Shown here: positions 51,801-63,800 of the stretch, in pieces
Numbering within the stretch: position 1 is the stretch's first letter
How the letters are laid out: every line of letters begins with the position of its first letter
From: an uncultured Planctomycetales bacterium
Lineage (GTDB): Bacteria; Omnitrophota; Gorgyraeia; Gygaellales; Profunditerraquicolaceae
NCBI GenBank assembly: GCA_964354795.1
Contig: CAYHBB010000040.1
Coordinates: forward strand, 12,593 to 76,592
Length of the DNA stretch: 64,000 nucleotides
Direction: 5' to 3'
The notes under the pieces: model-generated
Seen by the model: only the letters and a program-made list of their open reading frames with translations
Told to the model about the DNA's origin: nothing
Database searches by the model: none
Position numbers and translations under genes: made by a program

Positions 51801-54800
51801 GCAATTTCTCGCTCTTGCTTTGAGTGCTTAAATTCGTTTCCGGCGATGAATTGAAGCTCGCTGGCTACATCTATATCGCCAATTTCAGCAAGCTTCTTTA
51901 TGGCTTGCAGATTGATATCTGATTCTTCAACATTTAATAACGCCCTCAATCCCGCTATATCCTCTGTAGATTCAGAAAATATTTTCAGACTATTTATCGC
52001 AACTTCATGCGTATCTTTATTTTGTAAAGCGTTGATTAAAGGCCCGATTGCCCGAGGGTCTTTAATCTTTGTTAAGATTTCTGCCGCTAATACACGAAGG
52101 ATGACATCTCTATCCTTCAATGTTTTTGTTAAAGAATCGACTGCGGGGGGGCCTATTTTAACTAAAGATTCTGATGCGATCTGGCGCACGGTAACGTCCT
52201 TGTCTTTCAAAGCATCTATTAACGGCTTGACGGCCCTTGGGTCATTGATTTCTCTCAGGGCTTTTGCTGCGGCTTCGCGCACCGGCATTTCTTCATCTCT
52301 TAAAGCTTTGATTAGCTGTTCAACTGCTCTTGGGTCTTTAAGCTCGCCTAAGACCTTGGCTGCGGATTCACGAACGAATAGGTAATCATCGGTTAAAGCT
52401 TTAATAATAATTTCGGATGCTCGCACATCTTTGCTCTTACCTAAAGCTTCGATAACGTGACTACGAAATCCTCCGTGTTTATCTCCCAAAGCCTCAGCTA
52501 GCGCTTCGAATGCTCGAGGGTCTTTAATTTGGCCTAAGCCCCGCACAGCATTCTCGCGCACCCAGAGATTCTCATTTTTTAAGGCGCCGATCAGAGAATC
52601 AACTGCCGGTTGTCCAATTTTAGCTAAAGCATCTGCCGCAACCTGACCAACCTCATTATGATAACTATAACGGGCTCTACTATACGCATTTGTATATCCA
52701 TCTCCCAAAGCCTTAATTAGAGGAGAAACAGCCTTTGAATCCCTCAAAACACCTAATATTTCAGCTGCTGTCTTACGGACAATATAAGATTCATCCCCCA
52801 AGGCTTCAATCATAGAAGTAACTGCTCCGGGATCTTCGATCTTGCCAAAAGCTCTTACTGCTTCCTTGCGAACATTCCGATCTTCATTATTCATTAATTT
52901 GCGTATCAATTCTTTTATCTTTTTCTGGCTGGCTTCGTCTGTCTGTGCGACTGACTGGATTTGTGTGGAATTCGTGTCCTGCGCATGGGTAGTCTCAGGT
53001 AAGATGGCAAAATAAGGTAAAGCGGATACTGCTAAGATAGACAAAAGTTTGGGATTAGTTTTTCTTGATTTTATCCTTGCGTAAATAAAACTTATGAGGC
53101 AAGCGACAGGATAAAGTAAAATAATTATTGCTGCAATTATGCCTGCGGGTTTGAGGTATTTTTTAAGTACAAGCTCTTTCTCGGGTGTAGCCGATTTCTT
53201 TGCCCATTCTTCAGGAGTGACTCTTGCCTTAATCGCTTCCAGCGCCTGCTTAGCGGCCTGGCGCTCTTCTTTGGAATATTTGATCTCGTTTTGCATAATA
53301 AATTGAAGCTGAGAAACCGTATTTATATCCCCGGCTTCGCCCAACTGCACTATTTGCTGTATAAATTGGCCCCTATTGCTCAATATCTCATCGGCCCATT
53401 CGTTTCTGAGCTTCTTTTCTTGCTCATAGTCCCGGCTTAAAACGTAAGAATGCCTTGTTTCCGGTAAATCACGCAGCCCATAATTAGAAAAGCCATCCTG
53501 TTCATCCTTCTTAGGCTCTATTATAAAGTACGGCTGTCCTTTACTTAATTTCTCCAACAGAGAAGATGTATCGCTAACAGCCATATTGAACTTGGGGTAC
53601 CAATATAGGCAAAGATATACACTAATAAAGACAGGAACAATCCAGATGAAAGGAGTAAGGCCGATCTTGCCTTCAAGAGTGAAAGATGAAGCCGTCCATA
53701 AAGAACGGGTTGCTTCTAGGCATTTGGCAAAGCATGGGCAAAGTAGAGCACCCCAAATAATGACGCCCCAAGATAAAAGAGCCGCATTTATAAGATGCAA
53801 GGTAAGGAATAATACGCCCCAGAAAATGACACTTTTTGCATGGCATTTTATAGCAGTATACCTTTCAACCTGCCTAGTTTCACTTACAGCTTTTATCAGG
53901 ACAAATGATTGGAACAAAATGTTTGCTACTAAGGTCATGGCTATGATTGCCGCTGCCAAGCCGCCAACAATATTTCCTGCTGTAAATTTATAGACAAATA
54001 GCGCTACGAAACAAGCGTAGGCCAGAAAATTACCCGCCCATGCCAAACCAACAACAGGACTTTCCTGAGCACCTATCTTCTTTATGGCTATTTTCGATAT
54101 GCCATAGAATATGCCTGCTAGGGCAATAAAAGCAAGAGCAGCATAAATTAAATCTGTATTTACTGTAGCGAATTTGTCCATAAAGGCCAAAGGAAGGAAA
54201 ATATTCAGGCAAGTTGTGCTGGTAGGGCCTTGTCCTTTTTGTTTCTGAATGAGGCCGCGCTTTATTCTGGCCCGTACATAACTGATGGCCGAAACAATAA
54301 TGTAAAGCGCCGCTGATATTCCTGCGATCATGCCTGCGGGCTTAAGGTATTTCTTAATATTACGCGGCTCTTTTACCGGAAATGCCTTTGCCCATTCTTC
54401 GGCAGGCGTGCGCGCCCTAATAGCTTCCAGCGCCTGCTTAGCGGCCTGGCGCTCTTGTTGGGAATGCTTAAATTCGTTAGCGGCGATGAATTGAATCCTG
54501 GGTAACGCTACAATACCCCCCACCTGGCCAAGCCTTCGAATTGAAATCAAATAAATCTTTGCATCCTTACTGTCTAAAAGCTTAATCAACAAAGACACAT
54601 CTTGAGTAACCTCGATAATATTCGTAAGGCTTGAATAAACAACCTCGCGAGCTCCTTCAGAATGTCCGTCTTTTAACAACTCGATTAAAGGCTCTACTGC
54701 CCGGGAATCTTGAATCTTTCCTAGGGCTTCAATCGTAGTCAATAAAACAGGCAAATCTTTTCCTTTCAGCAATTTCAGCAGCTCAGGGACTAACTCTCGC

Positions 54801-57800
54801 GTATCTGGACCCAACTCACCTATACAGAAAATCACTTGTTTTTGGAGCTCTTTGTCTTTATTGAAAATGTTCTCGCTAAAGACACGAATGGCTTTCTTGT
54901 CTTTCAATTGTCCGAGAGCGCTTAATGCCTTGGCCCTTACTCTAAGATTATCCGATCTGGCAAACTCAACTAGCATATCAAAAGAAGGAGAACCTGAAAT
55001 GTATTTAATAATCGTATTTTCTGATGCCATACGCACAGACTCATCTTCATCAGAAAGAGTCTTCAATAATATCTTTGTGATTTGGAGGTCTTCAAACGTC
55101 TCGATTGCTTCAATAGCCGCGACGCGGATCTCCGAATCAGGAACGGCTAGGATTTTCATGATCAATCCGTTGTTTTTAGAAGACCTGATCTCGTCTTTCA
55201 CCGAATCTCTGACTGAATCATTAACAAATCCTTTGCCTGCGCTTATTAAGCCAATAATGGCTTCCCATGATTCCGGAGTTCTCAACCCAACCAAAACTTT
55301 TATAAAGTTATCGGATGAAGAAAAGCCCGGCTTTAAACTTATTGCGTCAATAATATACGGAATTGCCTGATTGCCTGTTTCAGATAATCCTTTCCGATCA
55401 CACTTTGCTACAAAATATAATATCTTTAGCTCTTTATCGCGAGGCGTCCACGATAATTTATCCAATACTCTTACAGCAAAAGTCCGCGTTTCGAAATCTT
55501 TACTGCTCAACGCCGCTTCCAGATATGGTATTGCTGACTGACCGAACCCAAAAACTGTTTCCTCTAGATTTATCTTGCAATCTGAAGAAGCCTTCCCTGA
55601 AATCTTAATAATCTCGGGGACAATAGATTCATCGAATTGGGCTAACGTATGAAATATAGGGCCGAATCCTTGATCATACAAACTATGGTAAGGCCATCCT
55701 ATGCCACAAGTGAAATATCTTGACGAACTCAATGCTTCAATAAGGGCCGGTATTGCTTGTTTATCTCTAATCTCTCCAAGGGCAATTATCGCGCCCTCCC
55801 TGATCGAGGAAAACTTATTTTTTAAAGCTTCTGTCAAAAGCGGAACTGTCAATCTTTTATCCATCCTAACTATAGTTTTAATTGCAACATCACGGGGGCT
55901 GCTTAAGCCTCCTGTGAAAACTGGAAGATTATGCCCTGTGTCCGCTAACAATTCCAGTAACTCATTCAGGGCTGGTGTAGCCGGAGGGCCAATCTTAGTT
56001 AATGCTGCGGCCGCATCTTGGCGGACACGCGGATCTTGGTCGATCAATTTTTCTATCAATTCTTTGGTTATCTCTTGGATAGCTTTGTCGATTTGATTAG
56101 TTGCCGGATTTGCCTTGGTATCTTGTGCGTTGACAGTTAAAGAATAAAGTGCTGAAAATGGCAGGATAAACGCAAACAATAAGGTTAAGAAAGTAGGATT
56201 TGATTTTCCGGCTCGAATCTTCCTCAGGCTTATCCTGGCGCGAATATAGCTAATAAAGCAAACAACAGGATAGATCAAAATAAGCACCGCTAAAGTTATG
56301 CCTGCGGGCCTGAGGTATTTCTTAAGGCTAAGCGGCTCTTTTGCCGTAAATGCCTTTGCCCATTCTTCCGCAGGCGTGCGCGCCTTGATCGCCCCCAACG
56401 CTTCTTTAGCGGCTTGGCGCTCTTCTTTGGGGTGCTTGATTTCGTTCTGGACGATAAGTTGGATGCGGGGGATAACATTAGAACCGCCAACATTACCAAG
56501 CCGTTTAATAGTAATTATGCGTACGGCTTCAAATTCTCCTGTTATTGATATATTCCTTCTGGTATCTAATATTCTTAATAAGGCAGGGACATCTTGGGTG
56601 GATTCAGCAATTGATTTCAGGCTTGAAGCAGCAGCTGAGCTGACATCGACATCAGCATCTCTTAATGCTTCAACTAAAAGCCCTACCGCTGTTGAGTCTC
56701 TGAATTCACCCAAGACTTTAGCTGCAGCTAACCGCGTGTCTTTTCTGCCTTTTGTCAAGGCTACTGTTAATAATTCGATTTTTTCATATCTCCTGATGTA
56801 CCATTCAGGTAGAGCCTGGTCAAAATAGCGCAAGGCTTTGACTGCGGATTGGTGGACGATTTCAGAACCATCTAGCGCTGCAATTAAAACGGGGAAAGCT
56901 TCTTTCTCGCCGATTTCACCCAGGGCTTCAATTGCGGATTCGCGGACATGCCGATCTTCATCTTTCAAAGCTGTTATCAGTCCTTCTATCTTTTTCTTTG
57001 TGGCTTCATCTGTCTGGGTGATTGCGGGATTATTATTTGTATCCTGTGCGTAGGTAGTCGCGGTAGAAGATATGCCAAGGAGAAAAGAAAGGAATACCAA
57101 TAAGAATGCTGGAGCTTTTACATTCTTACTAACCGGAGGCGCTCTTGTATTCTGGGTGAGTTTCCGGAGGCTAAATAAAATTACTATGCCAAGTACAAGA
57201 AGACCTACGCAGATAAGGTTGGCATCAGCTGGGATGATATTGGTCATAAAGGCTAAAACATGGGCGGGAATGAGGGAATTTAACGAGTTTGTGTTTGCTT
57301 TGTCTTGCGGCCCCTGCGTCAAGGGGGACCTTTTTCTTGCGCGGATAAAGCTGATGAGGCAGATGACGGGATAAAGCAAAATAAGTATTCCTGCGATTAT
57401 GGCTGCGGGTTTAAGGTATTTCTTGAGGTTAAGAGGTTGTTTTGCTGTGGCCTTGGCCCATTCTTCGGGCGTGACGCGTAATTTTATCGCCTCCAGCGCT
57501 TCCTTGGCTGCCTGGCTCTCTGCTTTGGAAAATTTGATTTCATTCTGAGCAATTAACTGAAGTTTGAAAAGTGCGGTTATATCTCCTACTTCGCCAAGCC
57601 GAGTAATAGCAGCTATACGAAAACCTCCCTCATCTAAAAGCCTAACCAGCGTTGGGACATCCTGGGTGAATACAGTAATGGATTCAAGAGCCTTGGCTGC
57701 CTTTTCGCGGACACGACTATCGGATGATTGATATAATAATGCCTCAATAAGGGCTGGAACGGCGTCTTTGGCTGCTGGTCTAATTTGGCCTAAGGCTTCG

Positions 57801-60800
57801 GCTGCCCTCCAGCGTACCTCGTAACGCCCATGCTTCAATGCCTCAATAAGAGATGGGATTGCGGGAGGGCCGATTTTGCCTAAGGCTTCGGCTGCGCAGG
57901 AGCGGACATTACTATACTCATCCTCTAATGCCTCAATAAGAGATGGGATTGCGGGAGGGCCAATTTTGACGAGAGCTTCTGCTGCGGATAAACGGATAGA
58001 TTCATCTTTTAGCGCCTTAATAAGTAAGAATATAGCATCTTTGGCGTCAGGGCCAATTTGGCCTAAGGCTTCGGCTGCCTTCCGGCGGACAGAATCATCT
58101 TCATATTCATCTTTTAATGCCTCAATAAGTTTTGGCATTGCGTCTTTGGCAGGAGGACCAATTTGATCTAAAGCTTCTGCTGCGCATAAACGGATAGATT
58201 CATTTTTATCTTTTAATGCGTTAATTAGGGCTGGGATGGCGTCTCTGGCGGTAGGACCAATTTGGCCTAAGGCTTTGGTTGCCGCATAGCGAACAATAAA
58301 TTTTTCGCTTTTTAATGCTTCGCTAAGGGCCGGAACTGCATCTATGGCTGCTGGGCCGATTTTGCCTAAGGCTTCGGCTGCGGATTCGCGACCCCACCAA
58401 CCCTTATCTTTTAAGATTTCAATGAGGGCCGGGATGGCGTCTTTGGCGTCAGGGCCAATTTGGCCTAAGGCTTCGGCTGCGGTGCCGGCACCCGGGCGTC
58501 CAACTTTCAATGCCGCTATCAAAGCAGGGATTGCATCTTTAGCCGCAGGGCCGATCTTACCTAAGGCTTCGGCTGCCCTATGGCGGACAAACGGTTCTTT
58601 ATCCTTCAATACCTCGATAAGGGCGGGGACTGCTAAAGAACCGATTTTGCCTAGGGCATCGGCATCATAGCCATGAACATCTTTTAGTTTCCGTATCAAC
58701 TCTTCTATTCTCTTTTGTGTAGCCTCATCCGGTTGGAACTGGGTTATAGTGGTGTTGGTGGCGGGTTCCTGGGCAAGGGCAGTTGTAGTATTGGGCTGGC
58801 CGGTCAGTGTTGCTAGAAGGGCTAGAATAAAGGCTAGTGCTTTGGCAGGAGGAGCTCTTTGCTTCTGGGTAAGCTTGTAGAGGGCATAAATCAGGATAGC
58901 TAAGCTTGCCAGAACAAGGCTGGTATAGACAAGATAAGGACTAAGCAGGATAAGCTTATCGATGGATGCTAAGGGAAGGATCGGGAGTACAGAATTCAAC
59001 GTAGTGGTATTTTGACCTTGGCCGGGCTGATTCTGCGCTTTTTTCGATATTATCCTCGCGCGGATAATACTTATGATTGAGACTATGGCATAGAGTGCAA
59101 CCAGCGCGCCGGAGATTATGCCTGCGGGCTTGAGGTATTTCTTAAAGCTATGCGGCTCTTTTACCGGGAACGCCTTCGCCCACTCTCCGGCAGGCGTGCG
59201 CGCCTTGATCACCTCCAAAGCCTTTTTCGCTGCTTCGCGCTCTTCCTTGGAGTATTTAATTTCGTTTTGAGAGACGAGTCTGAGCATGAGGGCTGCATTT
59301 GTATCTGCGGTTACTGAAAGCCTGCGGATTGCTGCTAAGCGAGTCCGTATTACATCTGACCTAGCCTCTTTAATATATTCTTTTCTGGAACCACACCCAA
59401 AATTCTCAGAATTACCGACACGCCAGGTGTTTATCTCCAATATTTTTAATAAAACAGATGCATCATCCGTGGATTCCATAATCTTCTGAAGACTTTCTGC
59501 TGCATAACTTCGAACCTGAGGATCTAACAAATCTTTGATAAGAAGATCTACTGCCCTTGCTTCTTTAAGCTCACCTAATGCTATAATTGCGCCTCGATGG
59601 ACCCTCCAGGTGCTGTCTTTCATTGCCTTCAATAAAGGTTCTACAGCCGGCTGACCTATTTTAGCCAAAGCTACCGGAGCTTCAATAAAACCGACATTCC
59701 CGCTTTCATCGTCTAAGGCGCTCATTAAAGGAGCTATCGCCCTTGGATCCCCGATTTCGCCTAAGGCGTAAGCCGCGCTATCACGAATGAAAATAATTTG
59801 ATCATAATTAACCCCCCTCAAGACCCTGATCAAAGGCTCAACAGCTGCCGGGTCTTTGATTTCAGCTAGGGTCCTAATAGCTGTTTCGCGAACGCGCCAA
59901 TCTTTATCCTCTAGCTTTCCTATCAATTCTTCTATTTTCTTTTGCTTGGTTTCGTCTGGCTGGGTGATTACGGGTTGTGTGTCCGTATTAGTATTCTGAG
60001 CAAAGACCACTGCGGGAGCAAACACGCAGGAAGATAAAGCGAATATTAAAAATAAAGCTGTGAATTTGGAATTGGATCTGCCTGATCTTATCCTTGCGCG
60101 GATATAACTTATAGCTGAGGCAATGACGTAGAGCGCTGCCAGCGCGCCTACGATTATGCCTGCGGGCTTGAGGTATTTCTTAAATTTAAGCGGCTCTTTT
60201 GCCGGAAATGCCTTTGCCCATTCTCCCGCAGAGGTACGCGCCTTTATGGCTTCCAGCGCTTCCTTGGCGGCCTGGCGCTCTTCTTTGGAGTTCTTGAATT
60301 CGTTGGAAGCGATAAACTGCAGTCTCTGCACTATGGATATGTCACCCACCTGGCAAATACGGTTAAGTGCGGATAGACTTACGCCTGACTGCCTGATTTC
60401 CATCAGGCGCAACAATAGGGTTATGTCTGAAGTATCCTTAGCAATCGTTTGTAGTCCGAAGACAGAGGCCTCAACAAGAGACTGATTAGAGCCATTTAAA
60501 GACTCAATTAAGCAATCGGCTGCCGGATCGCCTATTTTAGCCAAAGCAGAGACTATGGATTCGGCTTTTTCTGCGGGTAAAAAAGAATGTTCCTTTAATT
60601 CTTTGGCGAGAGCGGGAATGGCGCTTTTTGCTTCAGGGCCGATGTTCCCCAGCGCCGTTACCGCCTCCTCTCCTGCGCCATAATCATTCAAGGCTTCGAC
60701 AAGAGCAGGGACCGCATCTTTGGCCGCGGGGCCGATGCGGCCTAATAATCTCGCGGCGTATTTATGGTCGTCATAATCATTGTTTTTCAGTGCCGCGATA

Positions 60801-63800
60801 AGATAAGGCACCGCTTCTTTTGTCTCGGGGCCGATACGAAGATCTGCTAAAGCCTCCAGGTCGCCCTTCGCAACCGCATACATGATCATTTCCTTCGGAT
60901 TCTGCGGCTTCCAGCCAGACTCATCGAGTATCCTTGCCACCACGGCCTTGTCGATATTTTTATTTTTTAGCTCTTCTAAAAGCGCAGTGATCGCGGGAGC
61001 GCCGATATCAGATAGGACCTTTGCAGCATGATTACGGCAGTCGCTTTTCTCGTCTTTCAACACATCTATAAGGAATGGGACTGCAGGGCTGCCGATCTTC
61101 ACTAACGCGTTGGTAGCCGATTCGCGCTCTCCATACGAATTAAGCGCTTTAATAAGATGCGGCACCGCATCTTTTGCTTCCGAGCCGATATTACCCAAGG
61201 CCTCTGCCGCTTTATAGCAAAAACCAATATACGTCTTGTCTTCAAGTAATTTAATGAGAGATGGAACCGCATCTTTGGCTGCGGGTCCTATTCCGCTTAA
61301 GACATCCGCAACTTCATAGCAAGCCTTTTGATTGTTTAACAATTCAATAAGCGCCCTGACTGCGTCCTTGCCCTCAGGACCGATTTTCTTTAGGGCTTCA
61401 GCTGCGCAATGGCAGACCCAATAATCTGCGTCTTTTAATGTTTCGATAAGGGCGGGGACTGCATCTTTGGCTGCGGGTCCGATTTTGCCTAAGGCTTCGG
61501 TTGCGGATGAGCGGACATCCTTCTCTTGATCTTTCAATGCTTCAATAAGTGCTGGGACTGCGTCTTTGGCAACGGGCCCTATATCACCCAAGGCTTCGGC
61601 TGCGGATGAGCGGACATACTTCTCTTCGTCTTTCATTGCCTTTATAAGGCCAGGAATCGCATTTCTGGCAGCAGGGCCGATTTTACCTAAGGCCTCGGCT
61701 GCGGATGCGCGGACATACCACTCTTTATCTTTTAATGCTTGAATAAAGTTCGGGATTGCCTCTTTAGCAGTGGGGCCGATTTGACCAAGAGCTTCTATTG
61801 CCCCACTTCGAACCTTATAATTTTCATTTTTTGACGCTTCAATGAGGGCAGGCACAGCTGGTGAGCCGATTTTGGCCAAAGCTCTTATTATAGGATCATC
61901 TGTCGTATACGTGGTAGTCAGGGCTTCAATCAGATAGGGAACGGCGGGTAAACCAATGTCTTTTAATCTATATATCGCTAATGCACCATCATTGGGAAGC
62001 CAATAGTTTTTTCTACGTAAATCTTCTATTAGTTTTTCGATCTCAGCTTTCTTTTCTGTTTCCGTTATTCTTACTTCCTCTGCATAGGAGGCTGTGGAGG
62101 AAAATGCGGCAAAGAACGGTAAGGCCAATAATATAGGTACGAGGATGGCGCTTAAAGCCTTATTTATCAGAGGCGGGCCGCGGCTGAAAGCGCCTTCGTT
62201 AACCCCTAAGGCCTTCCGCAAAGCTTCTGCGATGCTAGCTATATCCGCAAGCACGATATTCTCCAAATCCTCCTGCCTAAAACCTTCCGTGGCCAATTCA
62301 AGAGTTAAGCTGTTATTTGTCTTTGCGGCATACAACTTGGCTCCGATACCTCCGTGATTTAATACAATGAGCTTTTTATTAGCCTGTAGCGTAGTTACCG
62401 CCTCATGCATAGTGCCGCCGGATCCATTTAAAACAATCACTATATCCGCTACCTTTCCCACTCCGATCCTTCTCTCAAACATTCCCCGGCCGATGTGCGC
62501 CACTTTTACATCTTTATCCCCGGCCGCCTCCTGATACTTCCTGTCCGGCGTAAGCCCTTCCGGCAATAACGCAAAGAATCTCTCTCTCCCAGCTTTATTT
62601 TCGCTGCACATGCCTTTAAATACATCCGCGCCTACTCCGCCCACGCCGCCGGTAAACACAAAACCTTCGGCTCCCAGATATTGCGACAACTTTCTTCCTA
62701 GCTCCTGGCCTATTTCAGCAGAATAACCTTTTGAAGGCATCGTCGCGCCTATCACCCCGATCTTTATGCCCGGGAATTCGCGCCTGATGGCTTCGGCCCT
62801 TACGCCTAATTCCTCTGACCTGTCTTTCTCGGTCTTGGCACCAAGCTCTTCTTGCGGTTTATTTTCCAAAAGGACACCCTTGTCCTGGCCTTTACCTTCA
62901 CCCTTATCCTCAATCTTCATCCTTATCCGGATCAAGTTTATCAGCTCACCCAGCACATAATCTCCGCCCCGCCAGCCGTGGAAAGGATAAAACTCGATGC
63001 CAGCGCGCAGATGCCGGTGATGTATCCTACCTCCGACGGAGAAGACTTTCGCGCCTTTTACCATCATCTCCCTGTCGTCTCCGGACTCATCAAAGCTATT
63101 GCCTAAGATCACAACCTCATTTGGTTTTGGCACGGCGCCGAACCTCCTTAGGCAGACCTTCGTCAGATGATGTTTCACCGCGAGGGATTTATCTACCTCT
63201 TTCATGGTCATACGTATGGAGGAATGCCCGATTTCTTTAAGCTCTATTAACAGCTTATCTTTCTCCAGCTGCTCTTCCAGGCGTTTATAGACCTGGCGGC
63301 GCAAAAAGGCCCTTTCTTTCAGGCGCACGATGATCTGGCTGCCGGCATCGATGATTTTCACCGAATTATAGATGATCTCGCCATTATCATCCGCGACCGG
63401 TTTGGTCAATCCGTATTCTGCCAGCAGATCATCGATGATCTCCCTCCATTTATCCAGCTGCGCGTCGCTCATTATGGCTTTGGCGGTATCGTAAAGCGCT
63501 TCTTTAAGCGGCTGGCCGTTTTGATCAAAGCCAAAACCCTGGCTCCCTGTGGCAGGATAAACAGTCAAATTATGCAACAATGATCTATGCTGCAAAGGAA
63601 CGGCTTTAATAAGATATTTTTCCACTTCTTTATAGCTTTGGGTAGTGACTATGGCCACCTGCACGCCAAGCTGCAGAAGATAAAGCAGTTTCTGCATTAC
63701 TGATTCCGGGACTTCTTTCAGGGTATGCGCCAGAGTGCCGTCTAGATCAGAAATCACCGCTTTAAAAGGAAGCCTCCCCAGATTCTGCGGCCTAGCGGAT

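Noticed and set aside
36228-60485. Dozens of plus-strand ORFs of 60-300 aa inside the giant gene (e.g. 36747..37388, 43719..44627, 47133..47519, 54852..55370, 56298..56828), several beginning M(T/P)PxPKxxPAGLRYFLRLSGF
   Set aside because: They are antisense shadows of the giant minus-strand ORF. Their recurring N-termini are simply the reverse complement of the repeated KKYLKPAGII module. They are Ser/Ala/Leu-rich and low-complexity, and none has an RBS or domain signal.
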